Shown here one piece after another: positions 38,310-47,481 of a stretch of DNA of 64,000 nt (position 1 is its first letter; each line of letters opens with the position of its first letter). The stretch is from contig JAWKUH010000006.1 of NCBI GenBank assembly GCA_041398665.1, forward strand, positions 130,596 through 194,595. The letters are read 5' to 3'. This stretch comes from Planctomycetota bacterium (GTDB lineage: Bacteria; Planctomycetota; UBA1135; GCA-002686595). The notes under the pieces were generated by a model, which was not told the DNA's origin, did not search any database, and saw only the letters and a list, made by a program, of their open reading frames with translations. The position numbers were made by a program, and so were the translations under genes.

Positions 38310-40997
38310 GTGGTCAAGAAGAACGCAGACGGCATCACCCTCGTCATCGTCGAGTCGCCCACCAAGGCCAAGACGATCACGGGCTTCCTCCCCAAGGGGT
38401 ACGTGGTGGAGGCGTCCGTGGGCCACGTCCGCGACCTGCCCACCTCCGCCAAGGAGATCCCGGCCTCCCACAAGGGCGAGAAGTGGGCGCGCCTCGGCAT
38501 CGACATCGACAACGACTTCGCGCCGCTCTACGTGGTGCCGCAGTCGAAGAAGGAGCAGGTCCGGAAGCTCAAGGACCTCGTCAAGCAGGCGGACGAGATC
38601 TATCTCGCGACCGATGAGGACCGCGAGGGCGAGTCGATCTCGTGGCACCTCATGGAGGTGTTGCAGCCCAAGGTGAAGCCGAAGCGCCTCGTGTTCCACG
38701 AGATCACGCGCGAGGCCATCCACGAGGCGCTCGAGCACCCGCGCGACCTCCACGAGGGTCTGGTGCAGGCGCAGGAGACGCGGCGCCTGCTCGACCGCCT
38801 CTACGGCTACGAGGTGTCGCCGATCCTGTGGAAGAAGATCGGTCCCGGTCTCTCCGCGGGGCGCGTGCAGTCGGTCGCCGTGCGACTGATCGTGCAACGC
38901 GAGCGCGAGCGCAAGTCCTTCCGTCGCGCGACGTACTGGGACCTCGTCGGGAGCTTCGCGGCGCCGCAGGGGCGCTTCGACGCGACGCTCGTCACGGTCG
39001 ACGGCAAGCGCGTCGCGTCGGGTCGCGACTTCGACCCCGACACCGGACTCCTCTCGGCCGGTTCGAACGCGCTGTGGATCGACGAAGCGGGTGCCCAGTC
39101 GCTCATCGACGAACTGCGCGACGTCGCCTGGTCCGTCGAGTCGATCGAGAGCAAACCGTTCACCGAGCGGCCGAGCCCGCCGTTCACGACGTCGACGCTG
39201 CAGCAGGAGTCGAACCGCAAGTTGCGCCTCAGCGCGCGCGACACCATGCGGGCCGCGCAGCGACTCTACGAGAGCGGCTTCATCACCTACATGCGTACGG
39301 ACTCGACGACTCTCAGCGAGCAGGCCCTCGGCCACACGCGCGAGCAGATCGAACGGTTGTACGGCAAGGACTACCTGCCCGCCGAACCGCGCCGCTACAA
39401 GACGAAGGTCCAGAACGCGCAGGAGGCGCACGAGGCGATCCGTCCGGCCGGCGACTTCAGGACGCCCGACGACGTGCGCAAGCAGGTCGGTGCCGACGAG
39501 GCCCGCGTCTACGAGCTCATCTGGAAGCGCACGATGGCGTGCCAGATGGCCGACGCGAAGGGGCACCGCGTCACGCTCAAGGTGAAGGGCGGTCGCGCCG
39601 TCATGCAGACCTCGGGCAAGACCATCGACTTCCCGGGCTTCCTGCGCGCCTACGTCGAGGGCGCCGACGACCCGGAGGCGGAGCTCGCGGACAAGGAGAC
39701 CGTGCTGCCCGCCGTGACCGCGGGTCAGTCCGTCGACTGCGAGAAGCTGGTCGCCAAGGACCACACGACGCAGCCGCCAGCGCGCTACACCGAGGCGTCG
39801 CTCGTGAAGGAGCTCGAGTCGAACGGCGTGGGTCGCCCCAGCACGTACGCCTCGATCATCGACACGATCCTGAGGCGCGAGTACGTCGTGAAGCAGAGCA
39901 ACGCGCTCGTCCCGACGTTCACGGCGTTCGCCGTCGTCGGACTGCTCGAACGCCACTTCGAGAACCTCGTCGACGTCGAGTTCACGGCGCGCATGGAGAG
40001 CGACCTCGACCGCGTCTCGCTCGGCGAGATCGAGTCGACGCCGTACCTGCGCTCCTTCTACTTCGGGAACGGTCAGCCGGGCCTCAAGGACCTGCTCGTG
40101 CAGGAGATCGACCCGCGCGAGGCCTGCACGTTGCCGCTCGGCGAGGACGAGCAGGGCCGCACGATCAACGTGCGCGTCGGTCGTTACGGTCCGTACCTCG
40201 AGCGCGGCGACGAACGCGCGAGCATCCCGGAGGGGACGCCGCCCGACGAGATCACGCTCGAGCACGCGACGCTGCTGCTCGAGCGCGGCTCGGGACCGCA
40301 GGAGCTCGGGACGCATCCCGAGAGCGGCGAACCGGTGTTCCTGAAGTCCGGTCGCTTCGGCCCGTACGTCCAGCTCGGGACCGGCGACGACGGCGAGAAG
40401 CCGAAGATGAAGTCGCTCTTCCCCGGCATGGTGCCGGAGGAGGTCGACCTCGAGACCGCGCTCCGACTGCTGTCGATGCCGCGCACCGTCGGCACGCACC
40501 CGGAGAACGGCGAGCCGATCCTCGCCGACCTCGGTCGCTACGGTCCGTACCTGCGCTGCGGCAGCGAGACGCGCAGCCTCCAGACCCCCGAGCAGATCTT
40601 CGCGATCGACGTCGACGAGGCGCTGAAGATCCTCGCCACGGAGAAGCGCGGAGGTCGCCGCGGCACGCCCGAGGTGCTGAAGGACCTCGGTGCGGAGGAC
40701 GGCGGCGAGCCGGTGAAGCTGCTGAAGGGCCGCTACGGTCCCTACGTCACCGACGGCACGACGAACGCGTCGCTGCCGAAGGACCGCGAGCCGGACGGCG
40801 TGACGCTCGCCGAGGCGCGCGAGTGGCTGGCGGCCCGAGCCGCCGCCGGTCCGCGCAAGAAGAAGCGCTCGGCGAAGAAGACGTCGACCAAGAAGACCGC
40901 GAAGAAGGCGGCCAAGAAGGCGACGAAGAAGGCGGCCGGGAAGAAGACCGCCAAGAAGGCCGCGAAGAAGGCCGCCAACAAGTCGGCCGACGCGTAG
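38310..40997 (+). CDS. topA: DNA topoisomerase I with Lys/Ala-rich histone-H1-like C-terminal tail
   Basis: Toprim N-terminus (LVIVESPTKAKTI), active-site region GFITYMRTDS, C-terminal repeats, tail KKKRSAKKTSTKKTAKKAAKKATKKAAGKKTAKKAAKKAANK. Confidence 0.9.
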   Translation: MVKKNADGITLVIVESPTKAKTITGFLPKGYVVEASVGHVRDLPTSAKEIPASHKGEKWARLGIDIDNDFAPLYVVPQSKKEQVRKLKDLVKQADEIYLATDEDREGESISWHLMEVLQPKVKPKRLVFHEITREAIHEALEHPRDLHEGLVQAQETRRLLDRLYGYEVSPILWKKIGPGLSAGRVQSVAVRLIVQRERERKSFRRATYWDLVGSFAAPQGRFDATLVTVDGKRVASGRDFDPDTGLLSAGSNALWIDEAGAQSLIDELRDVAWSVESIESKPFTERPSPPFTTSTLQQESNRKLRLSARDTMRAAQRLYESGFITYMRTDSTTLSEQALGHTREQIERLYGKDYLPAEPRRYKTKVQNAQEAHEAIRPAGDFRTPDDVRKQVGADEARVYELIWKRTMACQMADAKGHRVTLKVKGGRAVMQTSGKTIDFPGFLRAYVEGADDPEAELADKETVLPAVTAGQSVDCEKLVAKDHTTQPPARYTEASLVKELESNGVGRPSTYASIIDTILRREYVVKQSNALVPTFTAFAVVGLLERHFENLVDVEFTARMESDLDRVSLGEIESTPYLRSFYFGNGQPGLKDLLVQEIDPREACTLPLGEDEQGRTINVRVGRYGPYLERGDERASIPEGTPPDEITLEHATLLLERGSGPQELGTHPESGEPVFLKSGRFGPYVQLGTGDDGEKPKMKSLFPGMVPEEVDLETALRLLSMPRTVGTHPENGEPILADLGRYGPYLRCGSETRSLQTPEQIFAIDVDEALKILATEKRGGRRGTPEVLKDLGAEDGGEPVKLLKGRYGPYVTDGTTNASLPKDREPDGVTLAEAREWLAARAAAGPRKKKRSAKKTSTKKTAKKAAKKATKKAAGKKTAKKAAKKAANKSADA

Positions 40998-41040
40998 CGC
41001 GCGAGCGCGTACGGCGCCGCTTCGCGGCGCGCGCCCCACG

Positions 41041-41235
41041 CAGGTTCACAGGGAGCCGGGGAGGACGGGGAGGAAGGCCCGTTCGTCGTTCCGCAACTCG
41101 ACGAATCCAGCGACTCGACGTCACCGCGCGCCGCAGCGGCTCATCGATCGCCGACAACGTTCGACCTCCCCGTCCTCCCCGCCTCCCTGTGATTCGTGTG
41201 GTCCGGCGCCGCAGGCGCCGTTCGGGCGGAGGAGG
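41041..41235. repeat. Intergenic repeat element copy D: 28-bp inverted repeat (tcacagggagccggggaggacggggagg / cctccccgtcctccccgcctccctgtga) separated by ~90 bp, plus tail gtggtccggcgccgcaggcgccgttcgggc
   Basis: Arms ~41045-41073 and ~41165-41195. Shares the modules of copy A and the ccgttcgggc module of copy B. Confidence 0.6.
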
Positions 41236-41416
41236 GCCGCGCGGAAGCCCGCGGCGCAGGAGACGGAGGGGCTCGCGGGCGCTACGATGGCCGGACTCGG
41301 GCGCGCGCACCAGGCTCGCTCGGAACCGCAACCACGCGAGCGCCGCGACCCCTCCGCGCGACTCGCGGATCGACACGGCGCGCGAAGCACGCCCTCACGA
41401 AGACGCCACCTCCCAC

Positions 41417-42478
41417 ATGGACATCACCGAGATCCCGGTCGACGGCTACGAGCGCGTCGCCCGCTGCCGCGACCAGGCCACGGGGCTCCACGCGATCATC
41501 GCGGTGCACGACACCACCCTCGGGCCCGCGCTCGGCGGCATGCGCATGCTGCCCTACGCGTCGGAGGACGAGGCGCTGTTCGACGTGAAGCGCCTCGCGC
41601 GCGGCATGACGTACAAGTCGGCGGTCGCGGAGACGGGTCTCGGCGGCGGCAAGTCCGTCGTGATCGGCGACCCCGGCGAGGTGAAGTCGCCCGAGCTCTT
41701 CCAGGCGATGGGTCGCTTCGTCGACAGCTTCGGCGGCAAGTACATCACCGCCGAGGACATGAACATCGGCATCGCGGACCTCGAAGAGGTGCGCAAGTCG
41801 ACGAAGTACGTCACCGGACTCTCGCGCGAGGCCGGCGGCTCGGGCAACCCGAGCCCCTACACCGCGCGCGGCGTGGTGCAGGGGATGCGCGCGGTGCTCC
41901 GCGAGGTGTTCGGCGACGAGTCGTTCACCGGCCGGTCCGTCCTGATCCAGGGCGTCGGCGCCGTCGGCGGTGCCATGGCGCGGATGCTCGTCGAGCGCGG
42001 TGCGAAGGTCCTCGTGTGCGACCTCAACGAGAAGCGCGCGAAGGACCTCGGGCGCGAGCTCGGCGTCGACGTCGTCGCCGACAAGGGCCACCACGCGCTC
42101 GAGGTCGACGTGTACGCGCCCTGCGCGCGCGGCGCCGGCGTCAACGACCAGACCATCGGCGAACTGCGCTGCAAGGCGATCGCGGGCTGCGCCAACAACG
42201 TGCTGCTCGAGGAGCGCCACGGCGACGAGCTCAAGGAGCGCGGGATCCTCTATGCCCCGGACTACGTGATCAACGCGGGCGGCATCATCAACGTGTCGGT
42301 CGAGGTCCAGCCCGGCGGCTACGACGAGAAGCGCGCGGTCGAGCGCATCGACCGGATCTACGACAACCTCCTCGAGGTCTTCGCCATCTCGCGCGGCGAG
42401 GGCATCTCGACCAACCTCGCGGCGGATCGCCTGGCCGAGCGCCGACTCGCCGAGGCGCGCCAGCAGCAGAACGTCTGA
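41417..42478 (+). CDS. Glu/Leu/Phe/Val dehydrogenase-family enzyme (leucine/valine dehydrogenase-like)
   Basis: 353 aa. Catalytic GGGK (ETGLGGGKSVVIGDP), Rossmann GVGAVGGAMARMLVERGAKVLVCD. Confidence 0.8.
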   Translation: MDITEIPVDGYERVARCRDQATGLHAIIAVHDTTLGPALGGMRMLPYASEDEALFDVKRLARGMTYKSAVAETGLGGGKSVVIGDPGEVKSPELFQAMGRFVDSFGGKYITAEDMNIGIADLEEVRKSTKYVTGLSREAGGSGNPSPYTARGVVQGMRAVLREVFGDESFTGRSVLIQGVGAVGGAMARMLVERGAKVLVCDLNEKRAKDLGRELGVDVVADKGHHALEVDVYAPCARGAGVNDQTIGELRCKAIAGCANNVLLEERHGDELKERGILYAPDYVINAGGIINVSVEVQPGGYDEKRAVERIDRIYDNLLEVFAISRGEGISTNLAADRLAERRLAEARQQQNV

Positions 42479-42499
42479 CACGTCCGGACGTCGAACGAA

Positions 42500-42542
42500 C
42501 CGCGGGAGACGGGCGAGCAGAGGGCTCGCCCGTCTCCCGCGG
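42500..42542 (+). terminator. GC-rich perfect hairpin (19-bp stem ccgcgggagacgggcgagc / gctcgcccgtctcccgcgg, loop agagg) downstream of the dehydrogenase gene; intrinsic-terminator candidate without a T-tract
   Basis: Perfect inverted repeat read directly from the sequence, 20 nt after the stop codon. Confidence 0.45.
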
Positions 42543-42685
42543 CTCCGTTCCCGCGCCGTCTCGACGCGAGGTCGCTCGATGCGCGCTGACCGCCGATTGA
42601 CCCGGACTTCACGCTCCCTTCGTCCGGCTTTGCGAGCGTGTTGACGTTCCGGCGCACCGCGCCGCCGTCCGAAGCCCCGAAGGTC

Positions 42686-43708
42686 ATGCGCCACCAACCG
42701 AGCCACCGCCTCGCCCTCGTCCTCGCCCTCGCGTCCGCTCTCGCGAGCTGCGGCACGCCGAACCTCTCCGGCGACCCGTCGACGGGCGCACAGCTCGCCC
42801 CGCAGGCTCGCGCGGAAGGGCCCGCCGCGAACGCACCGTCGACGCAGCCCGCCGCGGCGCGCGAGGAGACGGAGGACGACTCGCCAGCACCGCTGCCGCA
42901 CGCCGTCTACCGCAAGGACGGCTTCTTCGTGAGCGAGGCGTCGTCGAAGCGCGGTCGCCTGCTGTGGGTCTTCGCCGAGGGGTCGCAGGACCTCGCCGAG
43001 TGGCGCCGCGACGGCGAACTCGCGAAGAGCACGAGCCTGATCGGCGCGGGGCCCGCCGGAGCGACGCTGCGCTCGGGCGACCGCGACACGCTCCTCCGCT
43101 ACCTCGGTGCGAAGGACGGCTTCTGGGTCGACGTCGGCCACCTGGGTCGACGCGAGTTCCTGTGGGTGTTCCGCGAGGACTCGGACGAGCTGCGCGAGTA
43201 CGCCGCGAACGGCGAGCTCGGCAAGAACGTCACGCTCATCGGCGCGGGACCGCTCGGCGTCACGCTGCGCGGCGGCGATCGCGAGACGCTCCTCGAGTAC
43301 GCCGGCACCAAGCCGGGCTACGTCGTCTCGCTCGGCCACATCGGTTCGCGCGAGTTCCTGTGGGTCTTCGAGGAGGGCTCGGCGGCTCTCGACGAGTTCC
43401 GTGCGAAGGGCGAGCCCGCGCAGAGCGTCACGTTCGTCGGCGGCGGTCCGCAGGGACTGACGCTGCGCGGTGCGGATCGCGGAACGCTGCTGCTGTACGC
43501 GGCGCGCAAGCCGGGCTACCACGTCGAGCTCGGCCGCCTCGGGAACCGCGAGTTCGTCTGGGTCTTCGAGGAAGGCACGCCGGAGCTCGAGCGCTTCCTC
43601 GCGAGCGGCGACCCCACGCAGAACGTCACGCTCGTCGGAGAAGGTCCGATGGGGGCGACGCTGCGCGGGCCCGACCGCCGGACGCTGCAGCGCTACCGCG
43701 CGCTCTGA
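42686..43708 (+). CDS. Lipoprotein with four tandem ~60-aa internal repeats, hypothetical
   Basis: Lipobox LASALASC. Four repeats of pattern G..V.LG.LG.REFLWVF.E.S..L.E....GE....VTLIGAGP.G.TLRG.DR.TLL.Y...KPG. Confidence 0.6.
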   Translation: MRHQPSHRLALVLALASALASCGTPNLSGDPSTGAQLAPQARAEGPAANAPSTQPAAAREETEDDSPAPLPHAVYRKDGFFVSEASSKRGRLLWVFAEGSQDLAEWRRDGELAKSTSLIGAGPAGATLRSGDRDTLLRYLGAKDGFWVDVGHLGRREFLWVFREDSDELREYAANGELGKNVTLIGAGPLGVTLRGGDRETLLEYAGTKPGYVVSLGHIGSREFLWVFEEGSAALDEFRAKGEPAQSVTFVGGGPQGLTLRGADRGTLLLYAARKPGYHVELGRLGNREFVWVFEEGTPELERFLASGDPTQNVTLVGEGPMGATLRGPDRRTLQRYRAL

Positions 43709-43727
43709 GTCGACGTCGGAGCCGCAC

Positions 43728-43777
43728 GAACGCCGGGAGCCCGGTGCACCGCGAGGCGCACCGGGCTTCCGGCGTTC
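43728..43777. terminator. 20-bp near-perfect inverted repeat (gaacgccgggagcccggtgc / gcaccgggcttccggcgttc) between convergent genes; bidirectional terminator candidate
   Basis: Read directly; one mismatch. Confidence 0.4.
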
Positions 43778-43808
43778 GCGCGGGACGTCGTCCCGCACCG
43801 TGTCCCGT

Positions 43809-44735
43809 TCACTGCTTGCGCAGGAACGCGACGAGGTCCGCCTCGAGCTCCTCGAGGCCGTAGTCCGGCACCGTGAGGCACTTGTAGACGAGCTTCTCGA
43901 GCGCCGGCGGCGAGTTCGGGTTGAGCTCGGAGGGCGGCGTGTAGGAGAGGAAGTAGGACAGGCTGAGGCGTTCGACCTCGCCGCCCTGCTCGCGACCCGC
44001 GTACTTCCACGGCGCGTCCTCGAAGGGCAGCGCACCGGTGAGGATCTCGTAGAGCATCACGCCGATGCCCATGACGTCCGCCTTGCTCGTCATGAGCAGC
44101 AGCGGGTTGTAGTGCGGCGTCGTCGAGACCAGCGCGCGCTCGCCGTCGCGCATCGCGGGGTCGATCATCACGACCGAGCCCGACGGTTTGACGATGACGT
44201 TCTCCGGCTTGAGGTCGCCGTGGTAGGCGAGCGAGCCGCTCCGCTCGAGGCGCATGAGCGTGCGCACGATCGAGAGGAACCAGTTGAGGCGGATGCCTTC
44301 GAGCGCACGGATCTTCTCGCGCAGCGTCTTGCCCTGCACGTAGTCCATGACGAGGACAGGGCGTCCCTCGTGGTCGATGACGTCGCGCAGGCGAACCACG
44401 TTCTGGCTGCGGACGCTCTCGAGCAGCGAACCCTCGTGGCGCAGCAGCGAGTCGATCTCGTGCAGGTCGAGGAAGTCGATGCGCGCTCCGTCGTTGCGGA
44501 AGAACACGGCTTCGCCCGGCGACTCGTCCGGACTGATCCAGTCCGGCGAGCGACGGTTGGTGACCTCGAGGCAACGCGTCAGATAGCGACCGCCGCCGGC
44601 CATGTCGCCGACCTTGAGGGCGACGCGGTTCCCGCGCGGGTCCTCCGCCAGATAGACGCAGGAGAACGCGCCGCGGGCGAGGAAGTCGACGACTTGGTAG
44701 CGACCGATGGCGGCGCCGGTTTCGAGCCTGATCAT
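43809..44735 (-). CDS. Hanks-type serine/threonine protein kinase (kinase domain only)
   Basis: GRYQVVDFLARGAFSCVYLA...VALK. Catalytic loop HGDLKPENV; no obvious TM or sensor domain. Confidence 0.75.
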   Translation of the reverse strand: MIRLETGAAIGRYQVVDFLARGAFSCVYLAEDPRGNRVALKVGDMAGGGRYLTRCLEVTNRRSPDWISPDESPGEAVFFRNDGARIDFLDLHEIDSLLRHEGSLLESVRSQNVVRLRDVIDHEGRPVLVMDYVQGKTLREKIRALEGIRLNWFLSIVRTLMRLERSGSLAYHGDLKPENVIVKPSGSVVMIDPAMRDGERALVSTTPHYNPLLLMTSKADVMGIGVMLYEILTGALPFEDAPWKYAGREQGGEVERLSLSYFLSYTPPSELNPNSPPALEKLVYKCLTVPDYGLEELEADLVAFLRKQ

Positions 44736-44846
44736 GGGGCGGATGGGGGTGCCTGGTGATCCGCGACGCAGCGGTCGCACGCCCTCCTTCGACCCGCGCG
44801 CCCCCGCGCATTGAGTCCCCGCCGACCCCGATCCGCCCCGATGCCG

Positions 44847-45272
44847 TCAGCGCCCCCGGGAGGCCGCGATGTCGGGCGCGCGCTCGAGCCCGAGGAGCCG
44901 CATCACCCCCTCCTCGAGCGTCCCGCTCCCGATGTGTTCCGGCGTGTCCCGGTGGGGGCGGTGGGCCCAGAAGCGGCCGCGCTCGTCGACCATCCCGACC
45001 TCCTGGTCCCAGCGGTTCCTGACGGAGTAGTAGTGACCTTGGGGTGAAGTCGCGCTTCCGTACTCGTGAACATGGCCGACGACGGCCCCGTCGAGCCGGA
45101 CGTCGTACACCGCGCTCAGGCTGCGGTGCACGGCGGCTCCGCCGGGATCGGACGGCGACTCCCGCTCGGTGACGATGCAGCCTTGGAGCAGGGCGGCGAG
45201 GAGTGCGGACGCGAGTCCCATCGGCGCGACCCGTCGGGCCCGTTCGGAGCGGTGGTGGGAGGAGCGGTTCAT
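44847..45272 (-). CDS. Small lipoprotein, hypothetical
   Basis: Lipobox LLQGC. 141 aa, protein-like composition at the 3' end of the otherwise Arg-rich ORF 44847..46556. Start overlaps the yfhO-like stop. Confidence 0.45.
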   Translation of the reverse strand: MNRSSHHRSERARRVAPMGLASALLAALLQGCIVTERESPSDPGGAAVHRSLSAVYDVRLDGAVVGHVHEYGSATSPQGHYYSVRNRWDQEVGMVDERGRFWAHRPHRDTPEHIGSGTLEEGVMRLLGLERAPDIAASRGR

Positions 45273-47413
45273 CCCGGAGGGGCATCGGCGCGTCGGCGAC
45301 GCGGCAGGAGCAGGAAGGCGAGCGCGACCGCGCCCAGCCCCGCCAGCAGGAGGCCGGTCCGGAAGGACGCGGGCTCGTACCGCATCTCGACGCGGTGGTC
45401 GCCGCTCGTGAGCCACACGCCGCGCAGGGCGTGGTCGACGGCGACGATCTCCGACTCCTCGCCGTCGACCTCCGCGATCCAGCCCGGATAGTTCGCGTCG
45501 GCGACGACCAGGAGTGCCGGAGCGTCGGCGCGCACGTCGATCGCGAGGCGCCTCGGTTCGTCGACGACGAGCTCCGCGCGCCCCGGCGGCGCGTCGTGCG
45601 CGGCGACCTCGAAGGGAGGCGGCGCCTCCACGATCGCGACGAGCGGGTCGAAGTCCTCGGCGCCGAGCAGGGCGAGCCGCTGCTCGGCGTCCGACACGAC
45701 GCGGTGACCGCGCGCCAGGTACGCGCGGTCGAGCGCTCCCGGGTTCTCGTAGACGCGCAGCCCGCCGGGTCCCTCGAACGCGAGTGCGAAGGGCGGCGGC
45801 ATCGCCGAGCTCGTGACGACCCAGCGCAGCGCGAGCGCGTTCGCGAGCGGGATCGAGCGGTCGAAGTACGCCACGTACTTCAGGAACGTGCGCCGCGCCG
45901 GGTCGGTCGTGAGCAAACCGACGAGCTCGGTCACCCGGTCGAGCTCGATCGAGTCGTAGCCGTGGGGCACCGACACGTGGAACGGCAGGTTCGCGTTCGG
46001 GGCGAGCGTCATCGCGTCGGTCCCGATCGCGCGTCCCTCGACGCCGCCGAGGAACGACAGCGTCGGCGTCGGCGCGAACACGTCGTCCCGTGCACAGGTC
46101 GGGTTGATCCCGCGCCCGAACGCCACGAGCTCGATCGCGGCGACGGCGACGGCGACGGCCGCCGCGGCGGGGCGACCGCCGCGAGGGAGCCGCGCGAGCA
46201 CCGCGTCGAGCCCGTACGCCGCGAGACACGCGAGCCCGAACGCGAGCAGGAGCGCGAAGCGCATGACCTTGGTCGACGCGAGCACCGGCGTCGCGCGCGC
46301 GAGGTCGTAGATCGGCGGGACCTGCCACGCGAGGCACGCGGCGAGCGCCGTCCCGAGGAGCGCGAGCGTCCAACCGCGCGAGCGGCGCCGGATCGCGACC
46401 GCCGCTCCGACGAGGGCGAGGCCGAGCGCCACGAGGCCCACGTGACCGCCGACGACCTCGTTGAAGTTGAGGTGGCTCCCGTTCGGACCCGTGTAGCTCC
46501 CGTCGAGCGGACTGCCGTGGAACCACGGGTCGAGGAGGAGCACGGCGGCGCGCCACGGCTCGAGCGAGGACGTCACGTCGACGTCGGCGAAGAGCGAACT
46601 CGCGCGCGACAGGCCGAGGTACTCGACGAACGGGAGGACCTGCGGAGCGGCGAGCGCCGCTCCGATCGCGGCGCCGACGGCGAGTCGCGCGAGAGCCGAC
46701 GCTCCGACCCTCGGCGCTCCGACGACCGTCGCGCGGGCCGCGACGTACGCGGCCACGGCGACGCCGACGTGCAGCGCGGTCTGCACGTGTCCCCCGACGC
46801 CGGCGGCGGCGACCCAGAGTGCGACGACCGCGGTGCCGCGCGCGTCGGGGCGCGACGCGACGCGCTCAACGCTCCACAGGGCGAGCGGCAGGAGCAGCGC
46901 GACGTTCGTGTGCGGATGGCCGAGCCAGACGACCTGGAACCCGCACAGCGCGTACGCGACCGAGCCCAGCGTCGCCGCGGCCCGACCGAGTCCGATCCGC
47001 CGGAGGAACGCGCCGCAGAGCACGCCGGCGAGGACGAGCTTCGCCGCCGCGATCCACGCGAGGAGCGACCAGTTCCCCGTCGCGAGCAGCGGCCAGTCGA
47101 GCGGCCACAGCAGTCCGCCCGTCACCGCCGCGTGGACGGGCTGCCCGAGGTAGTCGTAGGGGTTCCAGAGCGGCACCTCGCCCGCCGCGAGCCGCTCGGC
47201 GAAGAAGGCCTTCCACGGCAGGGTCACGAGCGGCTGGTCGAGGAGCAGCTCGTTCGTCGGCGCGAGGGTCGTCTCGCTCCTCCACGGCTCGAACGGCGCG
47301 AGCGCGTCGTACGGCGCCAGCACACGACCGCCGAACAGGCTCTCGGAGAGGAGCGCCGCGACCGCGGCGAGCACCACGAGCGTCGGGAGGAGGGAGCGGA
47401 TCCGGTCGAACAT
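45269..47413 (-). CDS. YfhO-family polytopic membrane protein (putative membrane glycosyltransferase)
   Basis: ~715 aa, more than 10 TM helices; YfhO-like N-terminal region (PYDALAPFEPW, LWNPYDYLGQP) and C-terminal soluble domain. Confidence 0.65.
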   Translation of the reverse strand: MFDRIRSLLPTLVVLAAVAALLSESLFGGRVLAPYDALAPFEPWRSETTLAPTNELLLDQPLVTLPWKAFFAERLAAGEVPLWNPYDYLGQPVHAAVTGGLLWPLDWPLLATGNWSLLAWIAAAKLVLAGVLCGAFLRRIGLGRAAATLGSVAYALCGFQVVWLGHPHTNVALLLPLALWSVERVASRPDARGTAVVALWVAAAGVGGHVQTALHVGVAVAAYVAARATVVGAPRVGASALARLAVGAAIGAALAAPQVLPFVEYLGLSRASSLFADVDVTSSLEPWRAAVLLLDPWFHGSPLDGSYTGPNGSHLNFNEVVGGHVGLVALGLALVGAAVAIRRRSRGWTLALLGTALAACLAWQVPPIYDLARATPVLASTKVMRFALLLAFGLACLAAYGLDAVLARLPRGGRPAAAAVAVAVAAIELVAFGRGINPTCARDDVFAPTPTLSFLGGVEGRAIGTDAMTLAPNANLPFHVSVPHGYDSIELDRVTELVGLLTTDPARRTFLKYVAYFDRSIPLANALALRWVVTSSAMPPPFALAFEGPGGLRVYENPGALDRAYLARGHRVVSDAEQRLALLGAEDFDPLVAIVEAPPPFEVAAHDAPPGRAELVVDEPRRLAIDVRADAPALLVVADANYPGWIAEVDGEESEIVAVDHALRGVWLTSGDHRVEMRYEPASFRTGLLLAGLGAVALAFLLLPRRRRADAPPG

Positions 47414-47481
47414 CGCGATCGGCGGGCGGAAGCGGCCAGTCTCCTGGCCGTTCGCCTCCCGCGGCACTATCTTCTGCCCCG

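Noticed and set aside
16505-41235. Possible CRISPR array
   Set aside because: Repeats are not regularly spaced direct repeats with unique spacers. They are inverted/palindromic modules in four separate loci with no cas genes nearby.
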